From Syncephalis fuscata S228 (taxonomy: Eukaryota; Fungi; Zoopagomycota): a stretch of DNA of 64,000 bases. Each line of letters opens with the position of its first letter. The first letter of the stretch is position 1. Both the position numbers and the translations under genes were made by a program. A model generated the notes under the pieces. The model was not told the origin of the DNA, searched no databases, and worked only from the letters and a program-made list of their open reading frames with translations. Shown here piece by piece: positions 29,509-41,215 of the stretch. The DNA lies in contig JAHLTZ010000042.1 in the NCBI GenBank assembly GCA_025786725.1, forward strand, positions 110,050 to 174,049, in the 5' to 3' direction.

Positions 29509-30374
29509 AGTAAAATAATAAACGTGCAAAAACAATACGGACTAAAAATCGTAGGCGTAGATTGTAAAGGGTGGATTGTATTTGGCATTCAAGAATATTT
29601 TGAGTGCAAACTAAATAGTACGGCGTCTTGCTTGTGGCCAGAACCGAAGACCGACGCCGAGAAGCCGGTAAAGCGATAAGGCCGCAAATTAGAATACTGC
29701 TATCCATGTGGGAATTGCATGATGTTTATCAATTATTAAATACAATCAGGTTATCGCGCATAATTATTTTTACCAGCCAGCGATTTAAGGCCTTGTTTCC
29801 ACCTGTTTAACGTAAGACTACACGCTGTTTTACAAATACAAATGATTTTCGTATTATTATTATTAGTTCAGTATAATATATCTCATGACATGGTATCATA
29901 GAAATGGTATTAGTATCTTTATTTCTAATAACAATAAACTGAAAATACTGAATACAAAGTACCGCAGTATTGCACTTGTCATATGAGTGGTTTAAATAAA
30001 ATGGTAAACAATATGTTATTTTTAATGTATTTTTAGAAATGATTAATAATGAAGTTATGTAAACTGTATACTTAAATGATAGCCGCATTTTATTACGCAA
30101 ACTACATTCAAATTGCTTATAAATAATTTATTTGATTTTGCAATTATCAGTTATTGCAGATAAATAAACAATGAGAACATAAAAGTATATTGCTATTTAA
30201 AGCATGCTATTTGTGTGTATGCTAATTACTGAAAAACTACTCTGCCGCCATTGTTTCTAATCAAGTACCTGGTTTTAAAGCATGACATAAAATTAGAACT
30301 AAAGAATGGGGTGTTATGTAAATCAAAAGTACGTCGCTATAAATTAAAAAAGTATTAAACAAGGTCAATAATGT

Positions 30375-30845
30375 CTAATGTTTAAATATAAACAAATAAA
30401 CAATTGAAAAAGTAATAAGCAACAGCATTGCAACTATAGCTACTAATCGCATGGTATTTCGGCTTGTCATACCCTTCTTTGCAACTATTTGATTGTAAAG
30501 CGTAGCGGGTGGTGCTGAATTTAGATTTCTGTTATCATTATTGTTGTTGTATGAATAATGCAATTGTTGATGACCATTGCTAAATAGCAAGTTTAATTGT
30601 TGGTTGCCATTGTTATATGGATAGTGTGCATGATGAATGATATGGGCATTACTGGGTGGCTGTATTGGCGCTCCATGAACTTGGTGCTCTGTCGGTTGAG
30701 GGTCAATTGCTATTGTTGTGTATGGTGGTGGAGGATCCAATTGATCACTGTTCTCTGTGTCATATGCTGCATAAGTATTTGCAGTGTTCACATTGGAGAC
30801 ATTGTTTGCCGTTGTAGATGCACCACCTGTGGTTCGATGGCTCAT
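30375..30845 (-). CDS. Small PPxY-motif, tail-TM protein, member 2 (156 aa)
   Basis: 'PPPPYTTIAIDPQ', N/Q/H-rich middle, C-terminal TM 'LVAIVAMLLLITFSIVYLFIF'. Confidence 0.75.
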   Translation of the reverse strand: MSHRTTGGASTTANNVSNVNTANTYAAYDTENSDQLDPPPPYTTIAIDPQPTEHQVHGAPIQPPSNAHIIHHAHYPYNNGNQQLNLLFSNGHQQLHYSYNNNNDNRNLNSAPPATLYNQIVAKKGMTSRNTMRLVAIVAMLLLITFSIVYLFIFKH

Positions 30846-31905
30846 TATAATAAACTATTGACTTAATAGTGAGAACAGATGTTTGAACGTGAATGTAAGT
30901 GGTAAAAAAAAGAACCGAGTGTATCTTAAATTTTGTGTCAAATAATAATATAAATAATAGCCATTTTTGCACTGCATTCTTCGCAAAGGACAGCCAAGAA
31001 ACCGGTAAAAAGAAAAGGCCTGGCTACCCTTGAATTTCCACCAATGCCTCAATTTAATGAATTTTTCTTAGATTAGATAGTTGGCTGTTTTAAAAATAGA
31101 ATTTGTATTTGATATCAGCGGAAGGCCTTGGTTGAATTTGGTTTAGTCTGACCATGCCATTGAATGTATTACTTAGTACGCATATTGTGCGTCAAGCAAA
31201 TACTAGATTTTCAAATCATTGCAATATCAATCAATTCTAATTCAACAGTAAATTAAATTTAATGTCCATAAACTAACATGAAGCACAAATGATGAAAACT
31301 AATAAGCTATTATAGTTGTAGATGTTAAGAAAACAATATGTAATGAAATACAAGAAATAACCATATAAATTTATGTTAGGAAATAATAAATCTTGCAAAG
31401 GCAATGTGCTAATTATTGGCACCAGGCAAGATGAGCGTGAAGAAATAGCATGTTATATCAGCATAAACTTTTTATAACAAAGATATGGTTACATGTATGC
31501 GAAATAGTAGCAAACATGAAGAACTATAGTTAAATGTAACATCGCTAATATTTCTAAGCATTATAGTGCATCATGAAGTGAAATAAATAAAAGTTCATAC
31601 GAATGTAGCAGCAATTCAAACGGTTAAACAACGCTACATAATTGTTACTATGCTTTAAACACAAATACATATACCGATATAAGCATCATAGGCAATGCGT
31701 TATTACTGGATATTGTGTCAAAAAAGATATGCAATAATTGAAGCAATAGCATAAATAACATACAACATAGCAACAGTGTAGCTGGTTGTAGTAATATAAA
31801 AATATTATTACATGTGTCAATGACTGCATATTATTACGTTAAACTATATTTCAATATAATTTAAGTTTATAATGAATCTGGGCTTATGCATAAAATTATG
31901 CACTG

Positions 31906-32196
31906 CTAAATTTCAGAAAAAATAAGACAACAGCAGCAACATATCTCTAGTATGGCACAGCCGCCTTCTAAAGCATCAGCAGGTGTTTGTTGGTTTTCAT
32001 TGCTGTTATTTTGCGATCGCGGCTTTTTTCTCGGCGAGGTTTGGGCTGTCTGTTGTATAGGTTGACCTGTACAATGTTCCTCCAATGACATAGCTGTATA
32101 TGGAGGTGGAGGAGAGCTATACACTGGGAGATCTTGGTTGCGAATTGAATCAACTTCAATAACAGTATCTGGCATGGGCGCGGCTTGGTTATTCAT
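31906..32196 (-). CDS. Small PPxY-motif protein with Cys-rich (CYSTM-like) tail, member 3
   Basis: 'PPPPYTAMSLEE' and C-terminal 'GGCAILEICCCCLIFSEI'. Confidence 0.7.
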   Translation of the reverse strand: MNNQAAPMPDTVIEVDSIRNQDLPVYSSPPPPYTAMSLEEHCTGQPIQQTAQTSPRKKPRSQNNSNENQQTPADALEGGCAILEICCCCCLIFSEI

Positions 32197-32886
32197 TTTG
32201 GTATTAACAAAGGTTAAAAGCAATATTGAAGTGAATACTAATGAGCTTTGTAGTTATTAATTTATATTTAGTAGCATTTTGTAATTTGTGCTTAATATAG
32301 ATAAAACATTAGCACGTTTTGCGATCCAAAACACAGAAAAGCATCAAGAAAATAATGAAGTCTAAGGCCTAGCTGTTGTTTAATTCTATATTTAGATCTT
32401 TTACTGATCGGCGAGCAGGGCAATCAGCAACAAGGGGACAAGTGAACTAATAAGGGGTAATCAACAGTATACAGCTGGTGGTTTACTATCTACTTGTATT
32501 ATCGTATCAATATGATGGACATTTTACTGCGTTATCCACATACATTATATCAAATATATAATTTCTTATTATAGATCGATGGAACGTAGGTTTTGTCAAA
32601 CAATTGCAATATGTACGCTGGTATTTATAGCGACGACCAGCCATATGTCTATTAAATGCTGTCGCAATTTCATTGTTTCCCCTTTGGCAAAACCAGTTGA
32701 GTTATTTTTATTCAATATCAACTTCAATGTACTATTTTTAAATAAATTGTTTATGCTTATTCATGCCTAAATTAATATAGCTTATATCAATTTGTTTTTT
32801 ATATCTCTTTATTTTTATTATATTTGCATACATAAATATAAATAATAAGGCGATTTGAAAAAGTTGCATGCAGTTTGTCGAAACAC

Positions 32887-33246
32887 TTAACGTAATTTAG
32901 AAGCATAATATACTAATAATGAAATTTTCACTATAATAGCTATTGAAATAAATGCAACCCGTATAGGACTACACCGCCCAGTACATGAATCGGACGATTC
33001 TGGGCTTTGTAAAGTTGCAGGCATTGGACGCTCTTCATTTTGCTGGGACGCCATAGGCTGATCATTAATTGTTATTTCAGTATGTGGTGGTTGCTGCGAA
33101 TTGAACGTATTGTTTACTGCGCCAGATACTGCACTATTGTTTTCAGCAGTATTTATAAATGCGCCATTTTGGCAGTTTGTTGTGTCTTGATTGCTTGTTG
33201 TATTTTGGCAACTTGTGTCTTGACAGTTCGTATCTTGCCCGTGCAT
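32887..33246 (-). CDS. Small tail-TM protein, member 4 (PY motif degenerate)
   Basis: 'QPPHTEITINDQ' homologous to member 1; N-terminal short repeats (QDTNC/QDTSC/QDTTNC); C-terminal TM. Confidence 0.7.
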   Translation of the reverse strand: MHGQDTNCQDTSCQNTTSNQDTTNCQNGAFINTAENNSAVSGAVNNTFNSQQPPHTEITINDQPMASQQNEERPMPATLQSPESSDSCTGRCSPIRVAFISIAIIVKISLLVYYASKLR

Positions 33247-35113
33247 CGTTATTTAATAAAGCTATATAATAGCAGTATCAAAACAGTGATAGTAAATTAT
33301 AGCAAATATAACTTGGAACGTAATTTAGATATTGTTTAGCTTGCTTAGCTCATTCAAAAAGTGCTTATAAATTTATAAAAAGTAAAAGGCGGTATGCTAC
33401 AGCTTAATCGCATACTATAAAAATGTACCGGGTTAATGGATTAAGGCCTAGCTAAACTGGCTTAATTTTATTGTACAGTCGACTTGTGTTATTGTCAATG
33501 CATTATGCTTACACGTGTTAGATTATCCGGCAGGTCTATATTGCTTAAACCAGTTTGGAATGACGGTCTAGAAGCAAAAAAAATTGAAATTACTCTGATT
33601 TAGCGCAGTGTGATGGAAGAAGTTTATGAGCGTTGCTTGCCTTTTCTCGCCTGTCGTTTAAATATTAGTCATTCCAAGTAACATAATTTTTTTCAAATTG
33701 TAATTGCATTAAAATTCAATTGTTCAATTGCTATCAGTTTTTGTTTTATTTTTACACAAAGATAAGCACATTTATACGCATTTAAAACAACAGCCAGTAT
33801 CATAGATGAATCGCAATTAGATGCAGCATGTATTTAGTATTTTTGAAATAATCTTAAGGCGTTTTTGTAACTACAAATTAATAAAAAATATTTATTATAA
33901 TAATGTTTATTTGAGAACATATTGTCGGGCGTAGCAACTGACCATAGAATTTGAAAATATATGTCACATCTATACTCGTAATACATAGGCGGCACTTCTT
34001 AATAGCCTATTAGCCCTCACTCTATAACTGTGCTATTCATATTCCGTTGAGTCATTACCGCAATACAAATATTAAAACATCGTTATTTTATTAAAAAAGA
34101 TATAAAACATGTTAGTTGTACCCGTGATGTAAAATTTGAACCAGTTAACTTTTTATTTTCCATGTGAGTATATAAGTTTCAAGAATAATCATAGGTCTAT
34201 GCAACTATCCGGATTAAATGTATTGCTTATAGCTATTAAAACAAAAGTGTTAATTAATACTGCATTGTATATAGCAATTATACTTTACTAATTGTATATT
34301 AATTGAATCTATCAACTAATACGATAATTATGAGAATTGTACGGTTATTCTAGGCATATCTAATGAAATAGTAACTTGGCTGATTATACTAAGGATTTAT
34401 CTGTATTGAAAATAGCCCAAGCAATTACAATAATCTTGTTTATATTATTTAACTGTGCTCATAAAAACAACCAGAATAACTTTTATGATGATGAGATTCA
34501 ATAATGTTGAAGCTAATTAGAATTATTTAATATGTATCTAGTATGCTATATCTAGACATGAAGACCATACAATTATGTAATTCAACATATTCCGTATATT
34601 CAGTACCATAGTATATATAACATAATATGTACTTAACATACTATTAATACCGTAATTAAAATGTTAGCGCAATAGTAACAACACTATAACGGGTGTCTTG
34701 ACAACTATAACATTTTGCAGTAAATCAACTTTTTATTAAATTTCCGCAATAGTACGTTACAGATTTTAATGCTGCATTTATGAAATAAAATAAACATGCA
34801 GTGTGTAGCTAAAAATGGTAGGATTTTACGTAAGATTTGATATAGCGAATAAATAAACGTCACAGATAGTGAAAGTTTTGACCAATAGGCAAAAACTCTG
34901 GTTTATAAGTCACATAACATTCCAGCAATATTTCATAACAATCATTTGGTTTGGTTATATCACAGTGTTTTTTATTTGCTTTTACGTTTCAAATTTAGAC
35001 AGCAATTTATATAAGCTACACACTATTAGAACAAAAAACCAATTTATGAATAACTTGCAAAACATAATAAACAAGACCAGCCTTGCTTTAAAAAAAAGAA
35101 TAGCAGCAAAAGT

Positions 35114-36107
35114 TTAGGCAGCAGGAGCAGCGGCTGGATGGTCATCTTCTACTTGAGGCAAAGTGGGAACAAAAGCATTGCACGATCCTAGGACAGTTTC
35201 AAAGTATTGCGCGCCACGCACGGCAGCACGAGCAACAAACATGTTTACACGCTCAGCGTTTTCCTGGTAATAGCTCTGGCTAAGCTCAGTCTTGCCGTTC
35301 TCTTTGCCTGCCTCGTAGGTAGGGAATATATAGTCACAGTTGAATTTGTTAGATTCATTAGCCCAGGCAATTGCGCACGCGTTAAGATCAGTTTTTTGGC
35401 CATTGAAACAGTTGAGCCATTCGGATTTCTGGCTAGCATATTTTCCAGTGCGGATATCTTTTTCCAGTTTGTTGACATAGGTGTTGAAATTTCCGTTGAT
35501 TGTCTTGTCAATAATACTACCATCCCACACGCTGTGCAGATTGGTTCTTTTTTGGCCCCAGAAACATACGAAATCGTTACCACCTCGAGCTACACCGGTC
35601 GCGTGCAGTGGCTGGCCAATATCGCCGAGGAAATGGATCAAGAACTTAATGGCCTCAATACGACCTGGCGCTGGCTTGTCACAGCTTACGCGCTCAGTGT
35701 AATTGGCGATGCCAGATATAATACAAACGCCATTCGGACAGTCCGACTCTTTGTAGGTGCCACAAGTGTCGGCCGATTCACCTTCAATGTCAACGTAATG
35801 AAGCGGAGAAGCCCAGCGATATGTATCTCCCCGGCTTTTGATGCGATCAGCCCATGTGGCAGCCTTGCCAAAGTCTCCCTGAACGTCAGGATCGTCTTTT
35901 AACAGCTTGGTGATGCCGTTCAGCGCGTTTGGGCTTAGAAGACGCTGAATGAGAACGCCTACAGCGCTATGTCCTAATAAAAATAAATGTTAGCTGACAC
36001 ACACTTTAGAATCAATTTCTATATTTACCATTTTGGCCCCAGGCATTTACAACAGTAGTGCTAGTAGCACAGATAAGAGCAGAAAGAGCAAAGTATTTGA
36101 GCATCAT
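35114..36107 (-). CDS. Secreted S1/P1 nuclease, 2 exons
   Basis: Signal peptide then 'WGQNGH', 'ATWAD', 'SPLHYVD', 'HFLGDIGQPLH', 'GGN', 'NLHSVWD'. Confidence 0.93.
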
Positions 36108-36898
36108 GATATACTTGACTTTAGCAAAATAACAATGATGGTGATGGTGATAAAATAGCGTGACGGATGGCAAAAATCGTAAATCGTAAGTAGCTTCAAG
36201 CAAACAATTTGTTGTGGCAAAAAAGAGTATTCAGAATAGCAATGTGAGTGATGGCGGTGTTGGTGAGGATGATGATATTGAGCAATAGTATTTTTTGAAC
36301 ATTAATGAGTATGGTTTTTAAAGCTTTAATTTCGCTAAGTTACATCTTCTAAAAACTCTACTAAACCCGAAGACTTCTGTTACACGGACTCAATAACCAA
36401 TTGTAAACGATCACATGACATATACGCTTAATGATGAGCGTAATAAACAAGGTAGCTTTAATTGCTCGGCGTTGTTTGCCGCCCCTTTCTACGAGCATAG
36501 AAGCTACTAATCCGTGTCCCCACGTGCCAACTCCGTATTAAAGCATAGAAAAAGCACTCACAGTGCCACTGATTACAGGCGTGTCTAGGCGACGCAGATG
36601 TTCTCTTGCCGTAGGCCTATATCGCTAATAAATCTGCCACTGCTGCCAGTAATTGCATTGCCATGCTTAGTGACACAATTACTATGGCTTCCAAGACAAC
36701 GAATTTATGTAGTTCGGCCATTATAATTTAGATATGGCAGCACAGACTATAGATGCGCATTTATAGTTGTATTCTTTTAATTTTAGATATATGTTGCTCC
36801 TACAGTATTGTTTGTGATTGAATGAGTGTTACACGACAATTAATTGTTTTAGCCAATGCTAACACGTGTGCCATTTATTGCATTAAGGCTTTACAAAA

Positions 36899-38556
36899 AT
36901 GGAAAATCATCGCCACAATCAGCATCAGCATTATCAGCATCAGCAGCCACGGGGAAATCAAATGGCACAGCGTCAACGGCGCGACATGGAGCGCCGACGT
37001 GTAACGCCACAAGATAGGCTAATAATAGGGACGTCATCATATAATAATGCGCGACATCATGAGCTTTATTCGATAAATTCGACGCAACATCAGGCTATCC
37101 AAGTGCCACAAGGAACCAGGCCAAACCCGAGAATTGCCGGCCATCCTACATCTAAACAGCCAGCTCGGTTATCATCCAATGGAAACGGCAAAACTAACCT
37201 TTCTCCCTTGCCACAAGCAAGACAATCAGATATTCATCATCCTTCATATCTGTCCTACATAAGGCCACGAGATAATGTTTTAGCAACTAGTACAAATCAC
37301 TGGCATAGACCATTGGCCTGCCCGCCCAATGCCAGACCAAGGCTGGAGAGACCAAATACGCATTTAATTCGGCACAGTCAGCCTCAGATACCGAGAATAT
37401 CGCATCCAGTAAAAAAGATCCGCAGATCTATGCGAGTACTTCACGAGGCAATTAGCGATGCTCGGCCAATCATTAAAAAAATAAATGGGCCTGTAAAGGG
37501 CTTTACCCCGGTTGCTGGAAAGCCGCAGCAAGAAATAGGCCGAGTATCGTTTAATTGTATTTCTGAGGCAAGCGAAAATACAGATCAGAACATCGTCATA
37601 GCAAGTAACATTGCAACAGTCCATACAAGTAGCCTGTATCCAGAAAGTCTATCGATTGAAAGTAGACCATCATCAGCGGTGACACCAGAAAGAGCATTAT
37701 CAATTCCAGTGACAACAGCAACAATCCCTGTCACTGACAGTGTTCACACTACGCCGTTTGCTCTACCTCGCTATTTCTCTCCACAAACGCGCGAAATGTG
37801 TGAGCTATTGGAACGCCACGGAAAAACTGCGGATGATTTGGCCATAGGCATCATACAAATCCCCGGCAGTAACCTTAACATTTCACCTCGTTACATTCCC
37901 ACGACCAATAGCAGTCCTTACTTGTCACAAAAGCGAATGTCCTCTCGAAAACACTCGACCAACCATAATTTGTTGCCACTGCGGAAACGTATACGATTCC
38001 GGCCCGGATTATGGCTTCGTATCGGCGCCTTAATATTTGCCATAATAGCGGTCCCGTTATACGTGACGACTTTTAAAGTGCTTAAACAAGATGAATACGT
38101 TCAACTACTAGGAATTCACACCAGCCCTCTGCAGTATGCGATTGCCACCGCATCTAGCTCGCTCATATTGGCCACAGTCTCAATACCGGTTCATCTGTGG
38201 CCAATGCCTTATATTGTATGCTGTGCATCGACAGTTTTCGATAGTTTAATGTTGCTATTCTGGCTAATTACTGGATTTATTAGTATTAATCCAACGGACG
38301 ATGCTAATAATCCAAGCTATTTGCTTGTACACCCGTCCTATCCATTCGCCGACATAATGTCAACATGATCTTGGACAATAGTGGTTACTCAAGTGTCTGT
38401 GCCTGTATCAAAGCAGGTGCAGCATTTGCGTTTCTTTCGGTAATCGCGTATGTGTTTTTACTGGGTGGTAGCCTCCTTCGTGTAAGAAAATGTCGTCTTC
38501 GTATCATTACATCAAAAATCCAATATAACTTTGTCGGTATCAAAGTTTGTACTTGA
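36899..38556 (+). CDS. Intronless protein with long disordered N-terminus and C-terminal 4-TM (MARVEL-like) domain; indel near 38365
   Basis: 489-aa ORF with three TM segments; continues in the next frame with 'CACIKAGAAFAFLSVIAYVF', typical of the last MARVEL helix. Confidence 0.6.
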
Positions 38557-39334
38557 TCTTTTACGACTAGCACTATTACTGTTGATATTTCATCAGTAAT
38601 TTTTTGATTTTTTTTTACCTTTTTACGCCTTTATAGATACTTTTTATCCGTATTTTTAGAGCCATTTTTTCACTTTAATAGAAAATAACCATATGACTAT
38701 TTGGTTTTAATAAACAGAAAATATAGCAGTAATTTTATATTATCGTTAACATGTATATTCTTAGCAATAATTCTCTTTAATAACAAAAATAGCCAAATGT
38801 AGTTTGTTTTTTGTTAACATTTACTAATCACATGTAAAAATTTACATAATATTCGCCTTAGTATTATTTTTTATGTTTTCTTTATTATTCTATTATAGCT
38901 AAAACAACATCGATGCATTTTATTCAATTACGCCAATACATGTATCTTATAACTGCTAGTACTTTATTCTATACTAAAACATTAGAATACCAATAAAATT
39001 ATATAGTAATAAATACTTGGATTTAATTTAATTAAACATCGGTATTTTAGCCCATATACATTCTTGCTTGGATGTTACAGCAGCTATACTCTATAATACC
39101 ATGTAGATCTAGCTCGTAATTACATTTTCAGTGCAAATAGTAATAAACAACGCAAGTCAAGTGTGCCATATTCACACTAGATTAAATCTCCGGTAACATT
39201 TCTATTAGATTATAGCAGCTATAGTTAGTTAATTAAAGTTTCACTAGAATCCACACACACACACACTCACTCACTTATATATACACACATATACACTTGC
39301 TTGTTTGCAACCACTTTGCTCCTCGTTCCTCATC

Positions 39335-41073
39335 ATGGTACACGACGATTGGTCTTCTACGTTCTCTACCTCACGCCGTGCTAATTCCAAGACGTCTCTA
39401 CATTATCCCCCTGATGATCAGCAAATACAGCCTCATTCACGCACACGCGTTCACTACTTTCACGATGAAGGCGTTGGCAATTACCACTTTGGCGTATGTA
39501 ACTACCATAACTAACGACGTTTAGATTCTAATCGTTTGCTACTTTAACAGGAACGCCATCCAATGAAGCCACATCGATTAACATTGACCAATCATTTGGT
39601 CATGTCTTATGGTTTACATCGTAAAATGGAAGTATTTCAACCAAGACGCGCGACTGAGGAAGAAATTAGACGCTTTCACGCCGATGACTATATTGACTTT
39701 TTAAAAAGGTATTGTTTCTAAATAACTGTACTGTTTATTATGGCAAATAGCTGTAACTGTATTCATCTAGAGTAACACCGGATAATGCTCAAACGTTCGC
39801 CGACTCCTTCTCTCGGTATAATATCGGCGACGACTGTCCAATATTTGATGGCATGTATGATTTCTGTAAAATATACACAGGCGCCTCTATCGAAGCAGCC
39901 CGTCGTCTATGTTCGGGTGCGGCTGATATTGCCGTCAACTGGAGTGGTGGTCTACATCATGCCAAAAAGTTTGAAGCCAGTGGATTTTGTTATGTAAATG
40001 ATATTGTTTTGGCCATACTTGAAATGTTAAGGTAAGTTTATTTTATTTATAACAAATATACTATTAACTAGCAACACTTAATCATTAGACTCTACCCACG
40101 TGTACTCTACATTGATATCGATATTCATCATGGTGATGGTGTTCAAGAGGCATTCTACACAACCGATCGTGTGATGACAGTCAGCTTCCATAAATATAAT
40201 GGCGACTTTTTCCCTGGCACTGGTGCACTTGAAGAGACAGGCAGCGCTCAAGGAAAGCATTTTGCCTTAAATGTTCCACTACGTGATGGCATTGATGACG
40301 AGCGCTACCTTGAACTATTTAAATCGGTTATGGAGGGTGTATTGCAGTCGTATCGACCAGCGGCCATTGTTCTACAATGCGGGGCCGATTCACTAGGCTG
40401 TGATCGCCTTGGCTGTTTTAATCTAAGTATTGCAGCTCATGGCGAATGTGTTCGCTTTATTAAAGATTTTAAACTGCCTACACTGGTGTTGGGTGGCGGT
40501 GGCTATACCATTCGTAATGTCAGCCGATGCTGGACCTACGAAACGAGTGTAGTGGTCGATCAACGATTGCCAGATCGATTGCCAGAAAATGTATATCGTG
40601 AATATTTTGCACCCGATTACCGACTACATCCACGTCTTGATGGACGAGTAGAGAATCAAAATACGCAATCTTATTTACAAGAGGTGCGTGTGGGTATTCT
40701 TGAACGTTTGCGCTATTTAAAGGGTGCACCCAGTGTACAGATGCAAGAAATACCACCCGATATTCAAGGATTTATGGAAGACGAGGAACGAGCAGAACGA
40801 GAACGAGAACAAGACCGCCATGCTAGCCCTGAAGAAGACGCAACACGGAACGGCACAACAAGAGCTGAATATCGCGCACGCTATACAAGCACTGTAGCTT
40901 CAACGACAACCAAAGCAGATACACCCGGTGAATGGTACGAGAATGAAGCGGATCAAGATGCTGATGGCGATCAAAAGGAAGACAAACCCGATAACAATAA
41001 TAATAATAGCAATAGCCAGACAGCAAAGACGCGTACTCTAACTGAACCGGATACGATGGATGTTGACGTCTAA
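39335..41073 (+). CDS. HOS2: Class I histone deacetylase, Hos2/HDAC3-like
   Basis: '[15 protein letters not shown]', '[24 protein letters not shown]', '[11 protein letters not shown]', '[14 protein letters not shown]', '[15 protein letters not shown]', '[12 protein letters not shown]'. Confidence 0.92.
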
Positions 41074-41215
41074 TACTACTATTGATATACACGATTTGTA
41101 CTTTACATAATAAACAGATATAATGGCATCAATATAAATATAAATAAATGTAAAGTTTATTAGGCAAAGTGTACATTGAAATAACGTTTAGGCAATATCG
41201 TATTAATAAAAGATA

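Noticed and set aside
33400-35100. Long AT-rich spacers (also 9950-11500, 20300-21600, 23700-24500) as transposons or further micro-exon arrays
   Set aside because: Reading by eye found no terminal repeats, transposase or RT remnants, or periodic splice motifs
35207-35902. 231-aa plus-strand ORF
   Set aside because: Antisense shadow of the S1/P1 nuclease CDS with no recognisable motifs
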